A DNA stretch of 30,007 nt from Prasinococcaceae sp. CCMP 1430. Its lineage: Eukaryota > Plantae > Prasinodermophyta. The translations under genes and the position numbers were made by a program. This document shows, one piece after another, positions 1-10,600 of this stretch. The notes under the pieces are model-generated. The model saw only the letters and a program-made list of their open reading frames with translations. It ran no database searches and was not told where the DNA came from. Numbering within the stretch: the first letter of the stretch is position 1; every line of letters begins with the position of its first letter. Location: positions 254,091 through 284,097 of the forward strand of contig RQSC01000031.1 of the NCBI GenBank assembly GCA_013416795.1, read 5' to 3'.

Positions 1-275
1 CGAGCGGCGCGCGAATTTTCTTCCGTGGTTTGCATCGGCAACACTTAGACCCCATCGCATGCGCGCGCGCGCGCGCGCGCGCGCGCGCGCGGCCCCCATC
101 AAAACGCACGCGCGCGCGCGCGTGGCACGCAATGCATTTTGATTTACAGTCTGCGGGCGCGGCGTGACGGCTGACCTATATCAAATCGAATGGCCGCGAT
201 TCCGCGCGCGCGGGCGCCCGCGGGCGCCCCGTTCGGGGCTTCCGGGCTTCGGGTTTCGAGTTGCGGTTTGGTCAT

Positions 276-305
276 AACCCTAGCCGTCGCAGATTAGAAG
301 TGACG
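276..305 (+). promoter_or_regulatory. Telo-box-like AACCCTAG followed by an AGCCGTC..AGAT..TGACGT stretch upstream of NOP56
   Basis: The motif is seen directly. Telo-boxes are established in promoters of plant translation and ribosome-biogenesis genes. Function here is inferred. Confidence 0.45.
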
Positions 306-501
306 TACCGCACGCGAATTTACGCGCCATTGAGGTAAGACCCTATCCGTATATCAAAACGAACGAGTTTGTTTTTTTAATGAACAGAGTTGGTAGAAAT
401 ATTCGCGTGTGCGTCGCGACCTCGGTCGCGCGCCCGCGCGGTTTTTGGGGTTCGCTCGCCGGCTGCCGCGGCGCAGCCGCCGGCCAGCCGTCGCCAGCGC
501 A

Positions 502-624
502 GCGCGCGCGCGTGCGCGCGTGCGTGCGTGCGCGTGTGTGCGTGAGCGTGTGCGTGTGCGTGTGCGTGTGTGTGTGCGCGCGTGCGTGTGTGTGTGTGCG
601 TGTGTGCGTGTGCGTGTGTGTGTA
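502..624. repeat. Alternating purine-pyrimidine (GC/GT)n tract, Z-DNA-prone (duplicated at 2191-2313)
   Basis: About 120 bp of CG/TG dinucleotides with one break at 544-546. Confidence 0.9.
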
Positions 625-749
625 GGGGTGGGTGTGGGTGCGGGTGCTGCATGCCACGGCGCCCACACCTTGCGCGACGGGCGCGACGGGCGCGCGCGCG
701 CGTGCGCTCGCTCGCTCGCTCGCTCGCCCGCCCCGCCCCGGCGCTCGCG

Positions 750-1281
750 ATGGCGGACCTCTTCGTGCTGTACGAGTCCTCGAGCGGCTACGCGCTGCTC
801 AAGACCAAGCCGCTCGACGGGCTCGGCATGAGCCAGGCGGAGCTCGCGGGCGCCGTCGGCGAGGTGCGACGCGCCGCGCGCGGTGGCAGCGGCGCGCGCG
901 CGCTTGTGTGTGTGCGTGTGTAGGCTGTGCGCGGGCGCGTGCACACGCGGCGCATGTGCGTGAGCGGAGCACGCGTGCGTGTGCGTGCGCGTGCGCGCTT
1001 GTGCGCGCGCGTGCGTGTGTGCTTGTGCGCGCGCGCGCGCGCGTCTTCGCGTGGCGGGTGGTGCCTCTCCTTCGCGCGTGCTCGCTCGCCCGCGCGCGGA
1101 CGCTCGCTGACACCCCCGTCGTCGCCGCCGCCGCCGCCGCCGCGCAGCTCGAGACCTTCTCCAAGGTGGCCACGCTGGCGGCGTTCAAGCCCTTCGTCAG
1201 CGCCGCCGACGCGCTCGAGCAAATCAACGCGCTCTCGGAGGGTGCGAGCGCGCTCGCTCGCTCGCTCGCTCGCTCCCTCTC

Positions 1282-1331
<50 letters not shown>

Positions 1332-4092
1332 GCGCGCGCGGCACGCGTGTGCTCGCGCGCCTGCGCCTGCGACCGCGCGCGCGGCGGGCGCTGACGCCAC
1401 CCTCGTCTGGCCGGCCGCCCCCCGCGCCCCCCGGGGGTGCGACGGCGGCGGCCCTCCCGGCCCCCGTCCGCGCATTCAAATTCGTATACCGTCGCAGCTT
1501 GGGCTTGCGCGCATGAGCGCAGCGCCACGCGAAAGCACACCATCGGAAGTCGTTTTCATTAGGATTGATATATTTTCCACCCCCCCCCTCGCGCGCGCGC
1601 GCGCGCGCACTACTTCGCGGCACTTCCGCGGTTGTGAATGATGGTGTGTCCGGCTTTTCCGTATATGCAGACGGTTCCGGACCGATGCTCGAGCGGCGCG
1701 CGAATTTTCTTCCGTGGTTTGCATCGGCAACACTTAGACCCCATCGCATGCGCCGCGCGCGCGCGCGCGCGCGCGCGCGCCGGGGGTAGTTTTGCGTGCG
1801 CGCGCGCGCGCACCGTGCGTTACGTAAAACTAAATGTCAGACGCCCGGCGGCGTGACGGCCGACCTATATCAAATCGAATGGCCGCGATTCCGCGCGCGC
1901 GGGCGTGGCGCCCGCGGGGCAAGCCCCGAAGGCCCGAAGCCCAAAGCTCAACGCCAAACCAGTATTCCCTAGCCGTCGCAGATTAGAAGTGACGTACCGC
2001 ACGCGAATTTACGCGCCATTGAGGTAAGACCCTATCCGTATATCAAAACGAACGAGTTTGTTTTTTTAATGAACAGAGTTGGTAGAAATATTCGCGTGTG
2101 CGTCGCGACCTCGGTCGCGCGCCCGCGCGGTTTTTGGGGTTCGCTCGCCGGCTGCCGCGGCGCAGCCGCCGGCCAGCCGTCGCCAGCGCAGCGCGCGCGC
2201 GTGCGCGCGTGCGTGCGTGCGCGTGTGTGCGTGAGCGTGTGCGTGTGCGTGTGCGTGTGTGTGTGCGCGCGTGCGTGTGTGTGTGTGCGTGTGTGCGTGT
2301 GCGTGTGTGTGTAGGGGTGGGTGTGGGTGCGGGTGCTGCATGCCACGGCGCCCACACCTTGCGCGACGGGCGCGACGGGCGCGCGCGCGCGTGCGCTCGC
2401 TCGCTCGCTCGTCGTGGCTTTTTGTGCGCTTGGCTGACTCGAAAGGCTNCGGATGGCGACGGCCGACGCAACGCGCTCACTTCAATCTACTGGATGCCCA
2501 CGCGAGCGTCTCCCAGGCTGCCGCTCGGTGTCAACCTCAGCGACCACGTCCACTACTATCACTGCGGCGCGCCGTTTGAGTACACCCTGTACGACCCCGC
2601 GACTGGCGAGATGCACGTCGAGGTCCTCGGCCCCGATGTGCTTGCCGGTCACAGGCTGCAGGTGTGCGTGAAAGGAGGCACGTGGAAGTGCGGCAGGCTG
2701 CTGTGCGGCGACGCTCCGGTGGGCGCCGCAGGTGGCGGCGGCGACCCGCGAGATCACTGCCTGCTCGGCGAGGCCGTCGCGCCGGCCTTGGCGGCGCCCG
2801 CGCCCGCGCCCGCGCCCGCGCCCACCTCAGGCGACATGACGGAGTCCCTTCAGGACTTCTTGGAGATGTCCCTGCCCAAGGTGAAGAAGGCGGGCAACGC
2901 CAAGAAGTGCGGCTTCGCCGTGGGCGTGGCGGACAGCAAGCTGGGCTCGGCGGTGCAGGACGCGACGGGCATCCCGTGCACGACGGGCGAGGACGTGCGC
3001 GAGATCCTGCGCGGCTGCCGCATGCACCTGGCGCGCTTCACCGACGGCCTGAGCGACGCGGACGTGTCGCGCGCGCAGCTGGGCCTGGCGCACTCGTACT
3101 CGCGCGCCAAGGTGAAGTTCAACGTGAACCGCTCGGACAACATGATCATCCAGGCGATCGCGCTGCTGGACACGCTCGACAAGGACGTGAACACGTTCGT
3201 GATGCGCGTGCGCGAGTGGTACGGCTGGCACTTCCCCGAGCTGGTCAAGGTGGTGAACGACAACTACGCGTACGCGCGCACGGCCATGTTCATCAAGGAC
3301 AAGGCCAAGGTGTCGGACGACATGCTCCCCGAGCTCGCGGAGATCGTGGGCAGCGAGGAGATCGCCAAGGAGGTGCTCGAGGCGGCGCGCGCGTCGATGG
3401 GCCAGGACATCTCCCCCATCGACCGCGTGAACATCGAGGCGTTCGCCGAGCGCGTCATCTCGCTCGCCGAGTACCGGCAGAAGCTCGCCGACTACCTCGT
3501 GGACAAGATGCACGCCGTGGCGCCCAACCTGAGCGCGCTCATCGGCGAGACGGTGGGCGCGCGCCTCATCTCGCACGCGGGCAGCCTCACAAACCTCGCC
3601 AAGTACCCCGCGAGCACGGTGCAGATCCTGGGCGCCGAGAAGGCGCTCTTCCGCGCGCTCAAGACCAAGGGCAACACCCCCAAGTACGGCCTCATCTACC
3701 ACTCGAGCTTCATCGGCCGCGCGCAGGCGCGCAACAAGGGGCGCATCTCGCGCTACCTCGCCAACAAGTGCTCCATTGCCACGCGCATCGACTGCTTCAC
3801 CGAGGGCGCCGGCACCTCTGCTTTCGGCGAGCGCCTCAAGGAGCAGGTGGAGGAGCGCCTCGCCTTCTACGACAAGGGCACCGCGCCGCGCAAGAACGTC
3901 GACGTCATGCGCGAGGCCATCGAGGCCGCGGGGGGCACCGTCGCGCCCGGCGAGGAGGGCGGCAAGAAGCGCAAGGCCGCCGCGGGCTCGTCTGACTCCG
4001 ACGGCATGGACGTCGACGAGGCCACGCCCAAGAAGGCCAAGAAGGACAAGAAGGAGAAGAAGGAGAAGAAGGCCAAGAAGGACAAGAAGTAG
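750..4092 (+). CDS. NOP56: Nucleolar protein 56 (box C/D snoRNP core), 3 exons: 750-863, 1148-1241, 2831-4092; 489 aa
   Basis: The spliced frame reads [14 protein letters not shown]...AVGE|LETFSKV...QINALSEG|[17 protein letters not shown] and continues with [64 protein letters not shown] and a KKE/D tail. GT..AG junctions are phase-compatible and the total is 1470 nt. Confidence 0.96.
1286..1329. repeat. (TC)22 microsatellite in NOP56 intron 2
   Basis: Seen directly. Confidence 0.95.
1690..2411. repeat. Copy 2 of the duplication, inside NOP56 intron 2, with two complemented-in-place blocks (1754-1847, 1907-1966)
   Basis: Identical to 1-722 except for 2 point mismatches (1861, 1906) and the two blocks that equal the unreversed complement of 65-158 and 218-277. 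Confidence 0.95.
2452..2784 (+). CDS. Partial DUF985/Cupin_5-type cupin coding fragment, in frame with NOP56 exon 3
   Basis: [51 protein letters not shown] matches the recalled DUF985 pattern TxIY..SDE..hxG.P..LGxD..aG..Q.vV.xGxW..L..xVAPGF. Strong GC3 bias. It lacks the N-terminal HPEGG and C-terminal GF, and starts just after the N at 2449. Confidence 0.72.
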
Positions 4093-4249
4093 GGGGGGAG
4101 GGGGAAAACGCGGCCGCGCGCGCGGGAACACAGGCCCGCGGCGCCCGTCTGCACCACACACACACCACACAACTCCTCCGCGCTGGCTCCGGGGGGCCTG
4201 TACACTAACAACGCCACGCTCTTGACACGCCCGCGACGCGACGCAACGC

Positions 4250-4372
4250 GCGCGTGCGCGCGTGTGCTCGCGCCTGTGTGCGCGTGTGTGTGCGTGCGCG
4301 CGCGCGCGCGCGCGTGCTCGTCTTTGTGTCTGTGTGTGTGTGCGTGTGCGTGCGCACGCGCGTGTGTGTGTG
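4250..4372. repeat. (GT/GC)n-rich low-complexity tract downstream of NOP56
   Basis: Seen directly. Confidence 0.8.
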
Positions 4373-4671
4373 CCTGCCGCGGCGCGGGCGTGGCCCCAAC
4401 AGCCACCGCTCGCTCGCAAGTTTCGGGTTGGCAGCGCCCGCTCGCACGTTGACACCTCTTTTCCCTTCAATGCAACGCCCTTAAGGGTCCAAAAAAAAGG
4501 GTCCATAAATGTCATCAAAATGCACGTGCCCGCGCGTGGCGTTATGAGGGGGGGAAAAACCGCGCGCTGGCGCACAGTGCGCGGGCGCGCGGGCCGGGTC
4601 ACTCGCCGTCTCGGCGGCGCCGAAGACGAAGCNCAGCTGCTGCCGCAGCCGCGGCTGATTTCGCCTTCGGC

Positions 4672-7600
4672 TTGACGGCGGCAGGTGCCGCCCGAACGGC
4701 CGCGTTTAGAGGAGGCGCCCCGTTGCTTGCCCGAGCGCCGCTCGCAGGTGCGCTCTTGGCAAGAGTAGCGGCGGCGGTAGCCGCCGCAGCCGCAGCCGCG
4801 GCGGCGGTCGCCCGCGGAGTCTTTTGCTTTGCCGCTGCAGAGCGCTGCAAGTTGACGGCGGCAGCAGCGGCCGCGGGCGACGCGGACGGCAGGCCCGAGG
4901 ACGCCGACGCCGCGCTGCGCGATGCGGCGGCGCTTGTTCGTGCCATCGGCGCGGCTGCGCGGTCGCCGCACTGCAGGGAGAGGCTCGCGAGGCGGAACGT
5001 GCTGCTGCCGATTGGGGTGCTCACGCGCCGAGGGCTGCGTTCTGTGAAGGGCATGGGGCGTGCGCGCGGCTCGCGCGGTGACTACGGCGCCGACGTGGCG
5101 CTCGTACGCTCGTGTGCGCTCGCCGCCGAGCAGTTTGCGCTCGCCGCCGCGGGCATAGCCGGCGTCGGCGCAGATGGCGGAGCGATTCCCGCGTACGACG
5201 CCGAGCGTTGTGCGGACTGCATCGTCGAGGCGGGCGCGTGCGGGACGTTTGTGGAGGCGCTCCGGGCCGCGCGCGCGGCAGGGGCGCGCGCGGGCGCGCT
5301 GCTGCTGCAGCGAGATGCGCTCCGCGCCGTGGACGCGCTGCTTCGCTGCGCGCGGCTGCGATCGGCGACGGCGACCGCAGGCGCTGAGGCTGTGCTGCTC
5401 GAAGGACTCGGGTGGACCAACGCAGCTGCCGCCGCGCCCGCTGCGCTCGGCAGCGCTGGCGCCGCAGGCGAGATGGGCGACGCGATTGGAGCACTCAGCA
5501 CCGGTGCCACCTCCCTCGCTCCTCCGGCGCCCTCCGACGACCTGTACGCGCTGCTCGATGTGCAGCTCGCTACGGTGGGCGCGCTCTCCGCGCGGCCGGA
5601 CGCGCTCGTGGGTGCCGCAGGCGTCGCCAAATTGGCCGAGGCGCTGCAGTGGGTGGCGTGGTCCTTCGGCGAGAGGCTCGCGTGTGGCAAAAAACGAGCG
5701 GGCGCACAGAGTGAGCAAAACAGTGGCGGTGAGGTGATGGCGGCGCCAGCTTCGTCGCCAGCGTCGCAGAGCGAGTCTCCGCGCACGGCAGGTGGCAGTC
5801 GCACACACGCCGGTACGATGGCGTCATCGCGCTCGCCGCTCGCACGCATGCGCGAGGCCATCAGCGGCTTGATAGGGCAACACGGCGGCAGCAGCGGCGG
5901 CACTAGCGGCGCGAGCGGTCGCGTCGCGAGCGTCGCGGCCGCGCCTCGCGTCGTGAGTGCCGCAATCAAGGCCGTGTCGCTACCCCTGTGGCCATGCATG
6001 GGCCGCCCGGCGGCGTTTCAGGGGCTGTTGGAGGAGGGATCGGTGGCGTTGCAGCGCGAGGTGGTGATGCTGCTGCGAGAGGCGATGCGGGACACGGCCA
6101 CTGGGGGCGCCACACGCGCAGCACTGCGGGCTCTCGGTGCATGGGGCACCCTTCTCGGGCACACCTGCTACGCCTTCGGGGTGCCCGGCGGAGAGACGCA
6201 AACAGAAGTCGCAGACCCGCGCGCGGGCAGCGCAGGAGCGCACGCGGACGGCCCCGGCACACTCACCCTTCCTGATGTGGTGGCGCTGCGGCAGGACGTG
6301 ATGCATCTGCTAGTTCTGGCGTGTACGGATAGCGACGACGTCGAGCACGAGGTCGGCGCGTTGCTGGGTTCGGTGGTTGGGGGCGACAACGCGGTCGAGC
6401 TGCCGCTCGAGCTCCGCGCAGAGCTTTCGGCGACGCTGCGCGAAGTTGTTGACAGTGCTGCCGACAATACTGCGGTGACACTCATCGGGGAAGAGCGCAT
6501 GCTCCCCGCTTTTGCCGAAGCAATCGACAGCACCCGAGCGATGTCCGCCTCGATGTACGGCATGCCATCAAGGACGAGCCAGCGCCGGCAATGGGCCGGC
6601 AGCGGCACTGGCGACGACCCTGCTCGGATTGCAGAGAGCATCGTTGCTGATATCATCGACACAGTAGCTGAGGGAGGCAACCCCTCGCTGCAAGGACAGT
6701 CCGCAGGGAGCGATGCGGTTGCAGATGAGGACGAGGCTCGCACGGACGAGCTGCGTCTCCAATTGCAGCGCTCGGTGATTCTTGCGCTACGTGCGGTGCT
6801 CGCCGCCGCTGGGCGCTGTGGTTGCAATGGATTCGCCGCAGCCGCAGGCTCGCCTCAACTCTCGGCCGCGCTCACGCAGTGCGCAAGCGAGCCCTCGAGC
6901 GCAGCGTTCGTGCTGCCACTTCTTTGCGATCTGCTCACCGCACCCTCGCAGAGCGACGCCGAGCTCCCCGCACGCGAGGCGTTGCTGCGGCAGACGCTAG
7001 AGTTGCTGCCGCGAGCCCAGCACCATGCACGCGACAGTACAGGCGGATGCCGTCATTTGCTGGAGCTGCTCTACTTGGTGAGGTCAGCGCTGCTTGCAAA
7101 TCGGGCTCTATTGCAGCCGCTTGTGTGTGCTGTCGATGGCTATGTACCAGTTGTGTCCGTGCTGAACGAGGAGTACGGATCTTCGAGCATGGAGCGCGAT
7201 CACGCCGATGTTGGCTCGGACGAGATGCCCATTCTGCGTTCGGAGGGCCTGGCCTCAGCGGTGTCAACGGCGGTGTTGTCCACGCTGGTCGCGGCCCTCC
7301 GCGAGTCCGAGGACAGCAAAGCGGCGTTTGCGCGCCTTGTCGGCTACGACACGCTTGAGAGCGCGGTGCTTCGTTGTCACGGCGGTCGGCCCACCAGGAC
7401 GTTGCTGCGGGGCTTGCTCGCGCTCGCCTGCGACGACATTGGTGCCGGCGACTTCAACATCGCTCTGGCAGCTGGGCAGGGTGCGAGTGCGCCTCTTGGC
7501 GCGGCCTCTGGCACGACTGCCGCATCGGGGGGAACGAGCGGCGGCCGCACATCAGCGCCGATGGTCGTCGCCAATGACGCGGCGCTGTGCGTACTGCTAC

Positions 7601-10600
7601 GCGTGGCCCGACGCGCGCCCGACGGTCTGCAAGGCGAGGCACTCGCTGCTGTGAGCGCGCTATTGCAGGACTCCACGACAAATCGACTTGCGGCAGAGCG
7701 AGCGGAGCTCGGCACGCTCCTGCTCGAGTGGCTACCGGAGGCGCGAGAGGACAGCATGGACGCTGGACCATCCATCCGGTCGAGAGTGTCTACGCTCCTG
7801 TGCGCAGCCGCGTCGGGTTCGTTTTCTGCTCGCGACGCTCGACGGGCAGTGGCGATGTTGCGCCCCGCCGACGATCCGCCCCCGCATGCCCTCGTGCTTA
7901 TTGAGTCACTCACGGCCATGGCGGAGCGCTCGAAGGTGCCGTCTGCATATTTTGATATGAACGGCAAGCGCTCTGGCTTGCAGCTGTCTAGTGGCATGCG
8001 CTGGCCGTCAAGCAAGGGCTACGCCTTCGCAACTTGGCTTCGACTGAATGAGCCAGCTGCGGGGGCTGCTGTGATGGATATGTTGCGCACCCCTGGCAAG
8101 ACTACTGCTGCATATATTCCCATGTCGCCGTCAGACGCGGATGTTGGACTGGATGAGCGTGGATTCTTTTCTTTCGCCGCCGGTGAGGGCAGCGGAGTTG
8201 TCGCCACTCTCATCCGTGGCGGGGACATCATGGTGCGCACGAGTGGGCGCAAGGACGACGGTGCCATATTCTCTACTGGCATCGGTCCAGGCAACTGGCA
8301 CCACGTGGTCGTCACACACGCGGCGAGCAGGGGACCGCTCGCATCCCCGGCGGTATGCAAAGTGTACGTTGACGGCACGCTGGTCGCTTCAACTCAGCTC
8401 AGATTTCCGAAAACACCCCCGGGGGATGGCGGGCTGAGCGCTGGTGGGATTGCGTGCGGTGGCGCTGGCGGCGTCGTTTGGAAGCACGCCGAGGCGGCAA
8501 AGGCGCAATCGCGGGCGAGCGCGCCGCAGGGCGATTCCGGCGTGCCACCTCCGTGGATGGGTGCGACGCCTCTGGGCGGACAGCTCGGGAGCGTGTACCT
8601 CTTTCACGATGCGCTCAGCGACCTGCAGGTGAAGGCGTTGCACTTGATGGGCTCCTCTTATCGACATACGTTTTTACCAACGGAGTGCGGCGTGGCTCCC
8701 GTGAGCCTTGAGAGTGTCAAGGCTGCGCTTGAGGGCAAGGACTCCTTGGCAAATCGGCTGGCCGCGTGTTTCGTCGCCACCGCTGCGGACGCGAGCGGTT
8801 CCGCATGCGTGAACACTGCCGTGGACGCGACGTCGTGCGAGGCTGGGTCGGCCCACGGCGCGCGCGTCATGCCAGGGACCCAACTACGTTCCACGCGTGG
8901 CCTGCGAGACGCAATGCATGCAATTGGTGGGGCATCGGTGTTCACTCCCTTGCTCACGTGCACGCCAAAAGCTCTGGCCTCACGCGATAGCAGAGCCATG
9001 GCCACGTCGGTGCACTCGGCGACTGTGCGGTTGATTGCATCCATGCTCGACGGTGCTGCAGGCTCGCGCTCTGCCTTCAACGCTTCTGATGGCACGGGCG
9101 TCATATCGCATCTTTTGTCACGACTCCCGCATGAGCTTCTTACTGCAGACCTGCTCCGTGCAACACAAGCTCTGGAGAGGTGCTGTATGGGTGCGACCCA
9201 GTTGCGTGTCGACGTCGTACGCAGGCTGGTGCTGAATTACGAGCTCTGGTGGCAAGCGCCTGACGAGACGAGGCTGCCACAGCTCGAGCTCTCAACAAGC
9301 ACGACTGCCGACATGTTCGCCGCTGCTGGCGGTTGCGGCGCCCTGATTGACGCAGCGGCCGGTGGCAGCGGGCGGCGCAGCACGAGTGCTCGCGATGCCG
9401 GCGTCATCGCAGCTCAGGACGGTGGAGGCGTGCGAAATTTGGAAGACACCGACGCGCAGTGGCATCGTGATGCCCAGGCTCGCAAGGCTGTCGTGTCGGC
9501 GCTCACGACCGTGCTCGCAGGTGATCTTGCGCCTCCGAAAGGTCTCAATGAAAAAGACGCGGCGCAGGCGAGAATGCCCTCGCGTGAGGACGTCTGCGCA
9601 TGTCTGGCGATTGCCCTCGACTCCGGTGGGGCGAGCAGGCCTGCTCCGCCGTCCGACCTCGCCTCGGGTGCGCTTTGCGCTATCGCGGCGGCCTTACTCA
9701 GGCCGAATCGTGGCCTTCGCGAAGTGGTGCTGGGGTGCGTGGGTGGGTACGGAGGCGCAGCGCTTGCCGGTGCTATGATGCGACCGCGCTCGGTCGCACA
9801 CGAGCCATCACTCCCAGACGAAACGGCGGCCGCCGATGGTCGAGGCGACGTGGGTCCGGTCGCGCTGGCTGGCCTGGCATTTCTTGTTGCAATCGTACAA
9901 GCTGTTTCAGATGAGATCGACATCGCCAGCACGGCTGGCACTTCAGTGCCTTCGTGGGTGCACCAAGCCATCAAGGGCCCCACGCAGAGACTGTCAGCCG
10001 GCGTCAATGTTGGCGCGCGCGAGTTTATATCAGAGGCGACAGCTGTGCTTATGTCGAATGGCCCCTTGCACGCGAGTGCGCTCATGGCGGTCACGTCAGC
10101 GCTGGCGCCGATACAGAAACAGACAGCAGCAGTTGAGGCCGTGCTTTCCCTGGCCTCGAAGTGCACAGACGTTGGCGCACGTGCGGCTGCAATCGACGCA
10201 GTTGCGAGCTGGCAGCTCGGAGAGACTCTGGCGCGCAGCAAGAGCTGGCAGGAGCTGCTACTGCCCACTGTCATCTGCGCGGCTAGTGCTGACAGTGCGG
10301 ATCGCTGCTCGGCTCTCAATCTCTTCGCTGCAGCGCACGCGCAGGCGATCGCGCACGTGCGAGGTGGCTGGCGCGTCGTGGAGCGCAGCGTCAGCTGTAT
10401 CCATGCGGCCGCCGCACGAGGCGAGTGCGATGGTTACTCGCTCTGCCATGAGATGTTGGCGCCGGTCCTGCGCGCTGCTGCGCGCACTCTCACACGTGCG
10501 TTGCACGATGTAGGCTCAGCCGACGAGAGCAGCCGTGCGTCTCTTGATTCTCTGCAAGTGGAGGACGCTTTGCACAACGCCGTCTGTGTTGTTGCTCTTG

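Larger units (their letters stand above)
1..722. repeat. Copy 1 of a direct duplication (NOP56 upstream region); continues beyond the window start
   Basis: Aligns without gaps to 1690-2411 at offset 1689, including identical microsatellite lengths. Confidence 0.95.

Noticed and set aside
335-625. 5' UTR intron (AG|GTAAGA..TGTAG) for NOP56
   Set aside because: There is no CTGAC branch point near the acceptor and the donor differs from the local GTGCG style. It cannot be supported without transcripts.
1754-1966. Local inversions to explain the copy differences
   Set aside because: The blocks match the complement in the same order, not the reverse complement.
343-2480. Many overlapping ORFs rich in RARA/THTH/VCVC
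   Set aside because: They are translations of dinucleotide microsatellites and of the duplication, with no protein-like content.
2098-4092. 664-aa ORF taken as the NOP56 CDS
   Set aside because: The true NOP56 N-terminus is in exons 750-863 and 1148-1241. The ORF's first part is repeat, an N and cupin sequence.
2827-5808. 993-aa minus-strand ORF, and similar long ORFs at 11806-13137, 15322-16728, 19366-20043, 24040-25233 and 25871-27973
   Set aside because: These are antisense or shifted shadows of real high-GC3 genes, where stop codons are rare.
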